A stretch of DNA of 64,000 nucleotides from Lama guanicoe (Eukaryota). The notes beneath the pieces were generated by a model. It was not told the origin of the DNA. It saw nothing but the letters and a program-made list of their open reading frames with translations, and searched no databases. A program made the position numbers and the translations under genes. Below are positions 23,480 to 35,277 of the stretch, piece by piece (the first letter of the stretch is position 1; every line of letters starts with the position of its first letter). The DNA lies in contig MU053379.1 in assembly GCA_013239625.1 (NCBI GenBank), positions 3,925,229 through 3,989,228 on the forward strand, given 5' to 3'.

Positions 23480-24030
23480 AATGCATAATGGACCGTAGCT
23501 CTCAGTATGAGGCTAAAACCATCAAGCTCTGGAGGAAATGCCGGAGGCCATCTCTGGGGCCCTGGGGTGTGCAGAGATTTCTTGGAACAGATGCAATTTG
23601 GTGATTTTGACTTCAAAATTAATAATTCTTGGTTATCAAAGGACACATTTAAGAAAGTGAGAGGCAAGGCACAGACTGCATTCTCAATACATGTATTTGA
23701 CAAAGAACTTTTTCCTAGAACATGTAAAGAATTATGAATCAATAAGGAAAAGACAGACGGCCTAATTTTTCAGAAAAGCACAAAAGGCTACCACAGGTGC
23801 GTCACAGAAAGTACCCAAATGCTCAGTAAACCCTGAAAAGCGTTCAAGTACCATCACTCGCAGGGACGTGCACGCTAAACCACACGGAGAGCGCACACAC
23901 GCCTGCGCAGAAGGGAGACGAGCCACGCGCGCGCGGGGACCGGGCAGCTGGACTCGCGGGGCTGCGGCTGCGGCTGCACAGCGAGCGGACGCTGCGGAAA
24001 CCCGGCGGTTTCAGCCAAGATGAACCTTCC
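23480..24030 (+). mobile_element. Ancient L1 ORF2 C-terminal fragment whose 3' part is GC/CpG-rich
   Basis: 'atcaaaggacacatttaagaaagtgagaggcaaggcacagactg...catgtatttgacaaagaac'; 23850-23884 aligns to the reverse complement of L1 positions 11184-11220. Confidence 0.68.
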
Positions 24031-24240
24031 TCCTCCCCCTCCCCCTCCTCGCTCCTCCCTCCCCCGCTCTTCTGATGACAGACCGGAGTGTTGGCCTCCG
24101 TCNNNNNNNNNNNNNNNNNNNNNNNNNNNNNNNNNNNNNNNNNNNNNNNNNNNNNNNNNNNNNNNNNNNNNNNNNNNNNTTTTGTCTCTTCTCGGAAGCC
24201 TGACACCCCCCCCCCACCCCGTCCTGGACCGGGTTGTCTG
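23850..24240. promoter_or_regulatory. CpG-island/promoter-like block with NRF1-like motif and C-rich tract
   Basis: Dense CpG; cgcctgcgca at 23900-23909; (cctcc)n tract at about 24025-24066; partly hidden by a gap. Confidence 0.55.
24103..24179. other. Assembly gap (77 N)
   Basis: N run. Confidence 0.99.
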
Positions 24241-24259
24241 GGAAGGGCTGACGATTTTC

Positions 24260-24296
24260 CACACACACACACACACTCTCACACTCACACACACTC
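24260..24296. repeat. Imperfect (CA)n microsatellite
   Basis: Read directly from sequence. Confidence 0.9.
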
Positions 24297-24654
24297 GAAT
24301 GGACATTTTTCCCCAACAGAGAGGCTGTAAAAGTGAAAAACGTAGATGCAAGCAACCACATGGCGCCTAAACTTTGACGAGAAAGCACATGTATTTAAAA
24401 AATAGCTTTGATGCTGAAATGGTTATTTCAGAAGCAGATATTTGCTTGGTCTTCTGCACAGAAAAGCAAAACATGCACGTTGCTTCTCGCAGGGAATTCA
24501 GAGCAGGCGGCTGGAAGGAATCTTATCTGTAATGAGCGCGTCAGTGCACACACGTACATGCCACTGCTTCTACTGCTTCTGTGTCTTTGCTTACTCGACA
24601 ATTGTTTCTTTTGTTTGTTTGTTTAAAAACTTTTAATTTTGGAATAGATTTACT

Positions 24655-24869
24655 ATTTGTTTGTTTATTGAAGTACAGTCAGGAACAGTGTGCCAGTTTC
24701 CGTTATACAGGATCGTGTCCCAGTCATGCAGATACAAACGTATATTCATTTTTGTATTACTTTTCATTAAAGGTTATTACAAGATGTTGAATATAGTTCC
24801 CTGTGCTGTACAGAAGAAATTTGTTTTCTTAATCTATTTTTATGTACAGTGGTTAAAATTTGCAAATCT
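24655..24869 (-). mobile_element. 5'-truncated lineage-specific L1 3' end
   Basis: 'tttattgaagtacagtcag...cattaaaggttattacaagatgttgaatatagttccctgtgctgtacagaagaaa'; same family as 419-599. Confidence 0.87.
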
Positions 24870-27614
24870 GTTCCTCAACCTGGCACCTTGCAGCGGGCTC
24901 GTGATGCTAAGGGTGGTGCACTGCAGACCGTTCTCTGAGGACTTGGCTGCTGGGGGAATGGATGCACGAACAGAGCCGCTCAAAGCCACCGGGTGAGCAT
25001 CTCCTCTGAGACGTCAGCTGCCCCCCAGCTGCGCAGGTGCCGCCTCTCGCTGGAGGAACGGGTGAGGCTGGCGGGAGGTCTTGAAGGATGACTTCCCAAG
25101 CTGGAAGGAGACACTGAACACCCTGGCCTCCTGGAGCAGCGTGTGCGAAGACTCAGATGCACCAAGGGAAATGGGAGTTTGGGGACCACGAGTGGGTTCC
25201 TGCAGCCGAAGTCCCACTCCTGGCGGGGAAGGGGTTGTATTCAGCCTCAATCAATCTTAAAAACCATCTCTCTCACAGCATTTTATGATACTTTGTGACT
25301 ATTTTATTTCCACTCCCTGACAGCTTAATTTTCTAGGGTACTTTTCATTCTAGTGTGTATTTCGGTGTAATACCACCATAAGTTTATTTAATAATCACAT
25401 ATTGGCTGCAGGCCAAAGCTGGGCTTGTAAACACCTTTATAAAATAAGGAGACCCTTCCTGGACTCTTCAAAGTCTTTAATCTGTCTTGCACAAGACCGA
25501 TTTTAAACGCATCTCAGCCATGCCGCTCCAAAGCAGATGTCGAAAGTATATAAGAGATTATTGTGATAAGATTTTAGAGTAGAGAGTTCTTAAGCTTGAA
25601 AACCAAGAATAAGTTACAATGACTTTTGAAGAAATCTGTTCGCTTGTTTGTTTTGCTTTTCCCAGACGGGCTGAAGCTGGCTGAGCAGCTTCAAGGGTTT
25701 GAAAGTGATGCTGCCCCTGCATCCGAGCGTCCATCCTGGGAGGAAGCCTCCACGGCTTCACCGGGAAAGCTAGAGACCGAGCGCTTCCTGAGGCTCTGGC
25801 GTGGTACCCATGGAGGCAGGAGTGGCATCCTTGGCCAGTTTGCAGGGTTTTCGGGAGAGAGGCTGAGTGGAAGGGACTTGGCGTGCTTTCCGTCCCCCGA
25901 CGACTGTCAAGTGAGGCACCGAATGGACGCTCCTGGCTGTGCCCTTCTCTGTAATTGAAAATGCTACGTCAAAAAATAAAACATGTCAACAGTTCCTGCT
26001 GCCTGCCTCACATGGGGGAGAGCCGTGTACATTTGAAGTTATCCCTGCCACTTAAAAGAATTATAGCCACTGAGCTTGTGAAGGAGCAGCTGGTTTGCAA
26101 AAGTGCTTTGGGTAAACCTGTCACAGCTCGTGAGTGAACAGAATCTGAACACAGACACCGCACGTTGGGGAAATCAATTGCTTCTTCCATGAAATGAAAG
26201 GAAGAGTTTTGCTCAGGGCAACGTGGCGATGGCTGGCAACTGTTCTGCGTTAACTGCGACTTTCTTCTCGCTTCCTCGCTGCCTGGCTCCCCTTCCTCCT
26301 GCGGCCGCTGAGGCCGCGTATTGCTCGCTGGGGACATCTAAACTGGAAATAATTAAAATCTATGTTTCATTTCTAGCGGCCTTGTGTGAGGAGGAGTAAA
26401 GATCGCCACAGCTTCCTGACTGAGTTAATGATGTGTTCTGCATTTTCTTAATTTTCCACATTTTAACGGCCTCTGTTCCTTATTTGGGGGCAGGGAACTG
26501 GGAGAGGCACTGCCCACAGGCTGACTCGGGCAGAGGTTTCCAACTCTCAGGGACGGGACGGGGTGCGTGGGGCAGGGCGGGTAAGCCCCGTGGTTCCCCG
26601 CTGTTGTCCCCCCACCCTGGTCTTCAGCGCCGGAGCTAGCGTCTCGTCAAGGCTAAGTGTCAGGCTGGAGGTGGGTTTGCAGCCACCGTGGCGCTTCATT
26701 AGGGTGTGTTTTTCGACCATGATGAATAAGTGGATTTTCAAAATGAATTTCCACAAATAATTATTAAGGAAGGAAAATACAGACTCACTGCAGAAAAACA
26801 GCAACAAGCCCGCAACTGCATGTGTGTGTGTTGTGAGGACGTTAGATGTGTGTCCACAGTGGGGTGAAGCCATTGGTAGATTAAAGCAAATGCCCGTTTT
26901 TCTCAGAATTAACTTGGACATGATTTTGATGGAGACTAAGCTAGCACAAGAAGCCAGAAACGGGCCACAAGGCTAGACTGATTATAAGTCTCTGGGCTTA
27001 CTTGTGTGACTGGGTTGCAAGACCGAGATTTGTAAAGGAGAAAGTGTCTGACGTAGAGTCTCAAGTGTGCTTTTGGTCACAATTAACTATCAAGGGAAGA
27101 AATATGAAAGCCATTCCCAAATGTTTGGAGATGAACACACTTGCGGGGTGGGGGGGATCTAAGAGGCCAGGGTGCGTCCTTACGGATCCTCTGATTTTTC
27201 AGATTGCAAAGAGATGTTTCTAGAAAGGGTGACTCAAAGTGATCTCTAAAGGCAATGAATTGAGAAACAGAGCATGAAGGCCACGCAACATTTTATCCAA
27301 GATAACCCCCCCAAAAAGTCAGTAACGGGATGAAAATGTATCTTCCTTAACAGCAAGCCACAGCCTCTGGCTCAGAGCTGGGGCTCAGGGAGGGGTGCGG
27401 CATGCTCTTCCGGGTGGCCTGGTGCCAGATTCACTCTGGCCCTCGACAGGACGTGTCTCTGAAGTTACACCCTAGCGTCCCTGCGACCAGGTGGTATGAG
27501 CATCCATCTCGTTGAATGAGATCTGGATTCACAAAGACTGGTCAGAAAAGTTGAGAGCATTTCTGATGGCTGGGAAAAGAGGAAGAGGAACAAGTATGGA
27601 GAAGGATGAGTTGA

Positions 27615-27850
27615 TTTCTGCCTTAGGTGGGAATCTTCCAGAAGCTGATCCTGAGACAAGGGTTTGGGCACCGGTAGGCTATTGGCAGGTGGTGGGGGCT
27701 GTGATCCCGGGGAGCTGTGATGGGGCGGGGAGGAGAGACAGGGAAGGGGAAGAAGCCAACAGCACCTTCCACTGCGGGCCACGGGGCGCACGCCTGGGGC
27801 ATCCTGAGAAATGGCACAGAACACGCCGCGGAGGGTCCCGCCCAAGGGAG
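27615..27850 (-). mobile_element. ERVL LTR33/LTR16-like fragment
   Basis: 'ccagaagctgatcctgagacaagggtttg...gagacagggaaggggaagaagccaa'. Confidence 0.6.
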
Positions 27851-30464
27851 ACATGAACACACCTGATAAAACAGATTCAAACCCGTTGCCTCACGGATGA
27901 CACCGGCCTTCCTAATGGGGCCTTCGACATCACCTCCGTCCACAGACAGCTCGTCTCATTAACTTGCCGTCACAGTTGAGCCTTCCCAGTTACGGTGCCT
28001 GCGCCTCCTGACTGCGGAGGGATGCGAGCAAGCACATCTCGGGAAGTCAGAGGCCCTTTGCACCCCTGGATTCCTCCTGTGCTCCCTCCTTTTTACATCC
28101 TTAAAGGTGTGTGAGCACCAATGGACAACTGACACCCTGAAGTGACCCAGTGTGATAGACGGTCCCAGCTTTCTCCGTTTGACCCCTTCCCACCCCTAAC
28201 TCGGCACGCCGGCCCCTTTCCTTAATGAGGGGTGGCCCGTCATGACTGGCGGGGATGGCTGGGCACTGGAGAGCAGGCTGCCCACCTTATACCTGCGTCC
28301 ACGACCCCACCCTCCTGCCCGTCAGCACAGATTCTTGCTCACAGCCGGGTCCCCAGGCCCCCTTGTTATGCTCGCCAGATGCCAGTGCAGCACCAGAAGA
28401 GCATCAGGTAATATGATTTAAATAAATTATCGCTCACTCAGAGGAAAGAACGCTGGCCTCTGCTTCTCTGTGTGCCAGAGACACCAAAAGCTGCAGATGC
28501 GACTTGGCACTCATGTTCTCCAGATGTCTCGCCCTCTTCTCACTTCTCACAAGGCGTGTGGGATCTGGACCCCGGCGCCATGAGGTCTGTAAGCCTGCTG
28601 AGCGGGTGATGGAGACCTGGCTTCGTCTTCCGACCAAAAGCTTGGGCCGAAGAAAGGAGAGGTACTTTCGGTCTTCGTAGGTGGGCGAGGGCTGACTTGC
28701 TCCACGGCCTAGTCGAGGCTTCGCCATGACAGGAGGGGAGACATGGCTCTGAAACCGAGGGAGTGCCTTTGGGTTCACTTCCTGTCCCTGTTTTTGATCC
28801 ACCAGGGCGCTGGTTACACTGGCGGTAGATTTCAGATATTTTGGCTCCCCGTGTTTAGCAGTTCTTAACTGGTCTGCCCCACCGTCATGGACTGATGAGT
28901 GCCCTTCCCCCCAAATTTTAAATCAACTGAACTTCAATTTAAAAAGAGAAGCATGGTTCTACCCGCTCGGCTTTCTAGGACTTCACAACTCGAGGTAGAA
29001 TTAAAATGTGGGACCAAATTGTAATTGTGCAACTGTCTATTAACACGTAATTTAAGTGGAAACCCCTGCGGCAGCCCTGGGAGTTACTGGATATTTCTCG
29101 AAGGAAGGGCTTGCTGGCCTGTCAGCACTTGAAGAGAGCGGCCGGCTCTCCTGGGGTCAGCCGCCGGGCTCGCTGCGAGCCGCCCCTTCCAGGCCGCCCC
29201 TGGCCCTGGGCAGCGTCCTGGGGTCTGGCTGCTTCTCCTGAGCACGGGGTTTTCCTTCTATTTCCTCAGGCCCGTCCTGGGGGCCGCGGCTCTTCTTCCC
29301 AGTCCTCTGTCCTCCCCTGACTCCTTTCATAGAAAGCCAGCAGCGTGATCTGAAGACCCCCTCCCCACGCCTGCCTCCTGCCTCCTCATCCACAGGTGGT
29401 GCCCCGACACATCGTTTGCCCTCTTAACTCCGCCTTGGCGTCTGCTTCCTGAAGGATCCAACTGATATTCCCTGAATAAGGTTAAACCATGCGTGTTTTG
29501 CTTCTGCATTTTTACTTAATCTCCTGCCTCATGGCTGCCAGTTGAAGGGCCAGAAAAACCATAGAAGAACCCAGAAATTTGGTTTGGGGAAGCTTGTTAT
29601 GGCATTTGAGAGCCAGCAAAGAGATTTCCTTTTTATTTGACTGAGTCTGACTCCCTAGTTTCTAGAGCTGCTAAGTGCCCTGAATTTATTTTGCATCTGA
29701 AAGACCATCATGATTATCTGCTGGGTTCTTTATGGTTGTCTAACCAAAGAACCACCTCTCACGTAGCGATGTGTGTACGGTTAAGCCAAATGACTCAAGC
29801 TTCAACTGGCTTTCCTATGGTGATATTTTAACCATAAATGTCAACACAAAGAAGTGGAAAGATGTATGAATCACAGTGTTGCTGTATTTAGAGTAAAGCC
29901 TCTCACCTCCGGAGAAGGCTCTCGGGTGGCTCATTCCACACCTGTGTTCCGGTGTGCAGCCTCTCAGGGAAAAAAGAGCCCACAGGGTTCAAGAAAGTCC
30001 AGCTTTAAATGCAGCCATCGGTTACCACTGCCTTAGGCGAGGGCAGCAGCCACTCCCTGGAGCTCAAAGGCAGCACATCAGCTTGTTACGCTGGGTCGAG
30101 CAGGAGCGTCACGACAAACTCTGGACGTGCTCTGCTCTGCAGGTAATGGAGTTCTGATGATGGTGGAAGGTTTGCTCTGTGTCTTGACAGCCTTTTAGCA
30201 CCCAGAAAACCACGCTGTCTGCCAGAACAGATTAAAAGGGAAAGGCAGTTAGGCATGTGGACATTGCATTTCTAAACGTACAATTGTGGGAAACTTTGAC
30301 CCTGTGAGTCCTCAGATGTTCAGGCGAAGTTCCTTTGAGCTGAAGAGCAGTCTATATTGCAGAAGCTAAAATGTGGCTTAGTTTCTAAGATTTGCAGATA
30401 CATACATAAGCTAGTGGCTAGCATGTTTTTCAAGATGAGGTGAAAAATGAAAGCCCTAGCATAA

Positions 30465-30625
30465 AAATCTTGCCTCTTTCTAGCTGTGGGATCCTGGACC
30501 AGTTAATTAACCTCTCTGAACCTCTGTTTTCTCATGTATAAAAATGGTGACCCTTGTACCCAGATAATGGAACTGCTGTGAGGATGTTGGTAGGACAAGT
30601 ATGCTCAGAGTGAACTTTGAATGAA
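30465..30625 (+). mobile_element. MIR SINE (core)
   Basis: 'tagctgtgggatcctggaccagttaattaacctctctgaacctctgttttctcatgtataaaaatgg'. Confidence 0.72.
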
Positions 30626-32099
30626 TGATCCCAAGCTTAAATGGTGGTGAGGATGCTGATGAATAACATGCAGAAATGTAAATGAAATGTTGCAAAATCA
30701 CTTAGTAACTGTTTGGTTTCTCGACACTATTTTTTAAAATCACAGATACCAGAAACAATTGTTATAAACTCGGAATCAGTGAGATTCATTTAATAAGACC
30801 CATGGAGTATGCTGAGGATCGTTCAGATGCTCATGGAATTTATTTGAATATTTGCTGCACAATTGGGATTAAAAGTATACTTCTTAAATATTTCTGAAGT
30901 AAACATGGTTAGTTTCATCCTCCCCAGATCTCAAGTGTATTAATAAGCCTACTCCGTAAGTGGTTTTTACTTCTCCTTTTTTTTTAATTCTGAGGAGAAA
31001 TTTTGAAGATCGTGTTGAAACAGAGCCAGATGGTCAGATCTGACTTTTCACATTAGGTGAATGCTCATAATTTACTTTGCCCTGAAGCAACCACAAAAGC
31101 AGAAATCATGGTGGATGGTCTCCAAGAACATCAAATCCAAATAATCTCAGGGGTTTTCTCTTCTGTCAAACATTTCACCAAATGTCATGAGAAACATATC
31201 TTTCATGTCCTTTTCATTTTTAAAGCGGCTGTGTCCTTTATATTGGAGGAAAGGCGTCTGGGGGTGTGTTTTAAATTACCACATATAATAACATTCTGCT
31301 CTCGAAATGCAGCTTTTCCTTTTTTAAGCCAATGCAAAGCTTTTTGTATAAGCGCAGTCGATTCATTTAATTCTCTTTCGGATAAAACTTCTAAAATCTG
31401 AAATCACTCTCTTCTACTTTAAATAGAACAAAGAAACCGTTATGATTTTAAGCGCGTAAGACTTTTTCATCATTTTCCACTGGATGGGATTTTTTTTTGA
31501 AATTGATGAATAGGTAACATATAGTAGGTCAAGATGATAACTAATCTGACTTTTAAGGAAAGAAATGCAGGCTTGTGCAGCAGAAGAATTGGGAAATGTG
31601 TTGTCTAAATATGTCATGGGGTAGATTGCCTTTAATCTGTAACATATGTGAAGTTTAATCACTAAGCAATGAATTTCTCTTCTGAGGTCCGCATGGCGAA
31701 TATCAATGGATATAATATTTTTTGAGCTCAATGAAATGCCCAAGACCAATCTCTCAGGATTTAATTACCCACTTAAAAGTCCCCAGAGTTCTCGGGGGGG
31801 AGCCCGGAGACCCCATAGATCATGCTCTTTGAGGGTAGTTCTGCATTGGAAGGCGCGCCAAAGGCGAGGGGTCGCCTCTACCTGGATTTTGCTGTGGGTG
31901 AGCACAGAGCAGGGAGCCTGCCCCCCGTTCACTGGGGGCCTCATGGATCCCACAGACCCCAGGGCCTTGCCACCCGACGCTGATGGCGATGGTGGTAAGA
32001 ACTGAATACAGTAACGGCACTGGCGTCCAGCTAATGAGCGCTTGCTGTATGCTAGGCACCATGGGAGCTGTTTTAAACGAAGAGTCTCTCAGTTCCACA

Positions 32100-32970
32100 T
32101 CATTCACTTGCTGCTTTATTGAGTTTCTCCCACTCGCCTCCCACAGCCGGGCCTTGGCTGAGCCCCTCCCAGCACCGGCACCGCTGTGGGGACGCCTGCA
32201 GTGGCTTTGCAGACACCGGCTGTACCACGGGGGAGGCTGGCGCTGTGCTCATGAGACACGGAGCAGTGGAGGTGGAGGACCAGGTCTAGATTGCGCAGAC
32301 TCTTCAGGAACGGCTTGTCTAGGGAGGTGTCATCCGAGCTGAGACCGATGGCCCTGGAAGGACCACCCTGAGGGAACAGCAGGTGTCGCTCCCAGAGGTG
32401 GGGAGGGCTTGGCAGGTGCGAGCAGGAGAGATGGGGCCCGTGTGGCTGGAGGGCAGGCCTGAGAGGGAGAGGGTGACCGGCGGGCCGGGGGGTGGGCATG
32501 GTGGTGCTAAGGTCGCGCTGGGCACGTTGGATGTTCTTGGGCAGGAATGCACACAGAGCCCTGAAGGATTGGAAGCTGGTAGTGACGTGAGCTCAGTTGT
32601 GACTTTAAGATTCCTCCATGTGCAGTCCAAGATGGGGCAGGTGTCGATAACATGTGGCCTCCAATTAGGAAGCTCCAGGAGCCACCATCGCGACAGGGAC
32701 GGCTGTGTGAGCTGCGGTGGGGGCAGGGAGGTGGTGGGCAGTGAACTGACGTGACTGGCCGGTGAGGTCAACATAAAGGATGAGAGAAGGGAGGGCTTCG
32801 GGCTTAGCAGCCTGGCTGGCAAAGAGACCAATGAGGAAGAGGGGAAATTTGAGTGAAGGAAGACTTTAAGGATGAAGGTCAGGAGAGTTATTTTAGATAT
32901 CTTAATTTTGAGGAATCACTTGGACATCCAGCCCCAGAATTCCAGCAGGTAGACTCGCTACAGATCCACA
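32100..32970 (-). mobile_element. L2 LINE fossil
   Basis: 'tcaggaacggcttgtctagggaggtgtcatccgagctgagacc...gagggaacagcaggtg...ttttagatatcttaattttgagg...ggacatccag'. Confidence 0.65.
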
Positions 32971-35231
32971 CTGCCTTACCCACAATTTAAGAATCAATAA
33001 ATCTCCAAGAAATGAAAATTTTTCGTAGCTCCTTAGAGGGACCTGAGCCGACCTGCGGCGGCCTTGGTTTGTCCCCCTGGGACCATTCCTATTCAGAGCA
33101 GAGCTGTTGGTGTCTGACCGCAGGCTGCTTCCCCAGACCCCATGACATGTGCTCAGATTAACTGTCTGCAATTCTCAAGGTGGAAACCCGTTTGCCTCTC
33201 CCTCCCTGCCCCTGGGTTTGGAGTGAGGATGTGGGTTTCTCTCCAAGTCTGGACGTCAGTGGAAGGGACAATCCTGGAGAGGCATGTTTGGGGACACCAT
33301 TGGGGGACAAGGAAGAGGAAGTGGCTTTGGGAAGGCCACGATCACTCTCTGACATTTGGGAGTTTCAGCAGGAAGACCCCGAGTCCTTGAAAATGCCAGT
33401 GTGCCCTCTGAAGTCGGTCAGAGGAGGCAGGATGTCCCGGCAGGGCAGGCCCGCCCTGGGAGGCTCGGTTAGCTCAGCTCCAAGCCCTGCCTTGGCCGGA
33501 GACAGCAGGCCGCCAGAGCCCACAGCCCTGGCTCTGACGGCCCCGCACAGCCTTCCACCAGGACTTCCAGGGGTGCCTCTCATGCTGGATGGTGATTAAT
33601 CACGACTTAGAAATCATTTTATTTTATTAAGTGCTTTTTATTTATTAAGACAGGCATGCATTTTCCCCCCTAACATTCAGGGTATAAAAATGCCATAGTC
33701 CTCCATTTTTACATAAAGTATCAAATTAAATACAGCTTGAGCTCCCCCTCAGCAGCCTAGGTAGGAAACCGAGGATCTGTGAGTTTGGGGCGGGGGAGGG
33801 GGGTTGGGACCCTTCTTCCATCATCCCCCCGACTCCAGAGCCTCAGGGCTGACTCACTGGGGGCAAGTGGGGAGGTTCCTGTCTTCAGGCGTTGGTGACG
33901 GGCCATCACGGCCGCTGTTCCTAGCTCAGGCCCCTGGCCCATTTGAGGCCGGCCAGCTCCCTGTAAGCCATGACCACCCAATGAGCCCTCTGCTGTCGGG
34001 GGCCTGGTATCTGGGGCTGCACCTCCGTCATCCATGTGACCTCTGCCCGGGGAGAAGATGGCCTTTGCCCTCCATGGGACACTATCCTTCTCTGCAGTGG
34101 CATCTTCCCTGTGGGTGGTCCCTCCAGTCTTTGACCGCGAAGCCCCCAGTTCCCCTGCACACCTCAGTCCTCCAACACTTCCCTCCTGGGAGGTGGGAGA
34201 GCCACACACTCGGCTCCAGGTGAGTCTGCAGCAGCAGCGGGGACAGGAGCTCCCAGCAGGGCTCCGTGCCCCCCGGCAGAGTCAACAGAGCCGGCCAACA
34301 AGCAGCAGACCCTCCAAATAGCTCCCCGTTGTTTGTTCTCAGCGTGTAAAACGTAAGGTGCTTGGTAGCATCGTGGCCTGGAAGGAGGTAGAGGGAAAGG
34401 CTTGAGGGAGGAAAACTGTATGGAGTGAGCATGATTTGATCTGCAGCTTGGACAGCCTTCCAGAAGTTTCCCCAGTTGTTCCAAGGGACGTAGGCGATCC
34501 TCAGAACACAATCACAGCTATGTCTCTAAACTGTCACCCAATGAGACATTTTGAAAAAAGACTGATATAACATCACTAATCAGGTAAACCCTATGGGGTG
34601 TTTTGTTTTTTAAATCTGCTCCCCACTCCCCAGCCCCGTAGTTACATTAATATGTGCTGATTGAAGAACAGTTTTTTTAAACTAGATTTTTCACTTTTTA
34701 GAAAAGGTTTGGCATATCCGATATGATTTTTAAAATGTTCCTTTTCATATTCTTTTCCATTGTAAGTCACTGTAAGAACAACTTGAAAATGCAGGAAGTG
34801 CTGTGAAGAATAAGAGCACGTTGCCCACAGCGCCCCTCCCAGGGGGGACCTTTGCGACACGCCAGCTCCCCGTCCAGGCTTGCGTCTGAGGCTGGCTCTG
34901 CGTCTGGGTCTCTGTGTTTGCAGAGCTGGGGGATTAGGGCGTGTTCGGGCTGCGTCCTGTTTTTCTCTCCATAGTGTTGGATTGTCAAGTTTCATTCTCG
35001 GGAAACAAGCCTGAGAAGGAAGAGAGGAGGCCAGCCTCGCAGTTCACACCCAGAAACGGGCGGGCACGCCTCTCCTTCCCTCAGCCAGACGCACGAGCTC
35101 TCCAGGAGCAGGACAGAGGACAAAGGGTGGAGCAGGGGCGCCAGCCTCGCTTTGCGGCCGCCTCTGCAGGACCCGGCAGGGACCGGGCGTCTTTGACCAT
35201 TTCCCCCTCTCGGTTGCTGCTTCTTTCTCAT

Positions 35232-35277
35232 GTTTTTTGTTTGTTTTGTTTTGTTTTGTTTTGTTTTGTTTTGTTTG
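35232..35277. repeat. (TTTTG)n microsatellite
   Basis: Read directly from sequence. Confidence 0.93.

Noticed and set aside
27990..29480. Further possible LTR fossils (about 28.0-28.8 and 29.3-29.5 kb)
   Set aside because: Only vague resemblance to MaLR/ERVL LTRs; family and boundaries could not be supported
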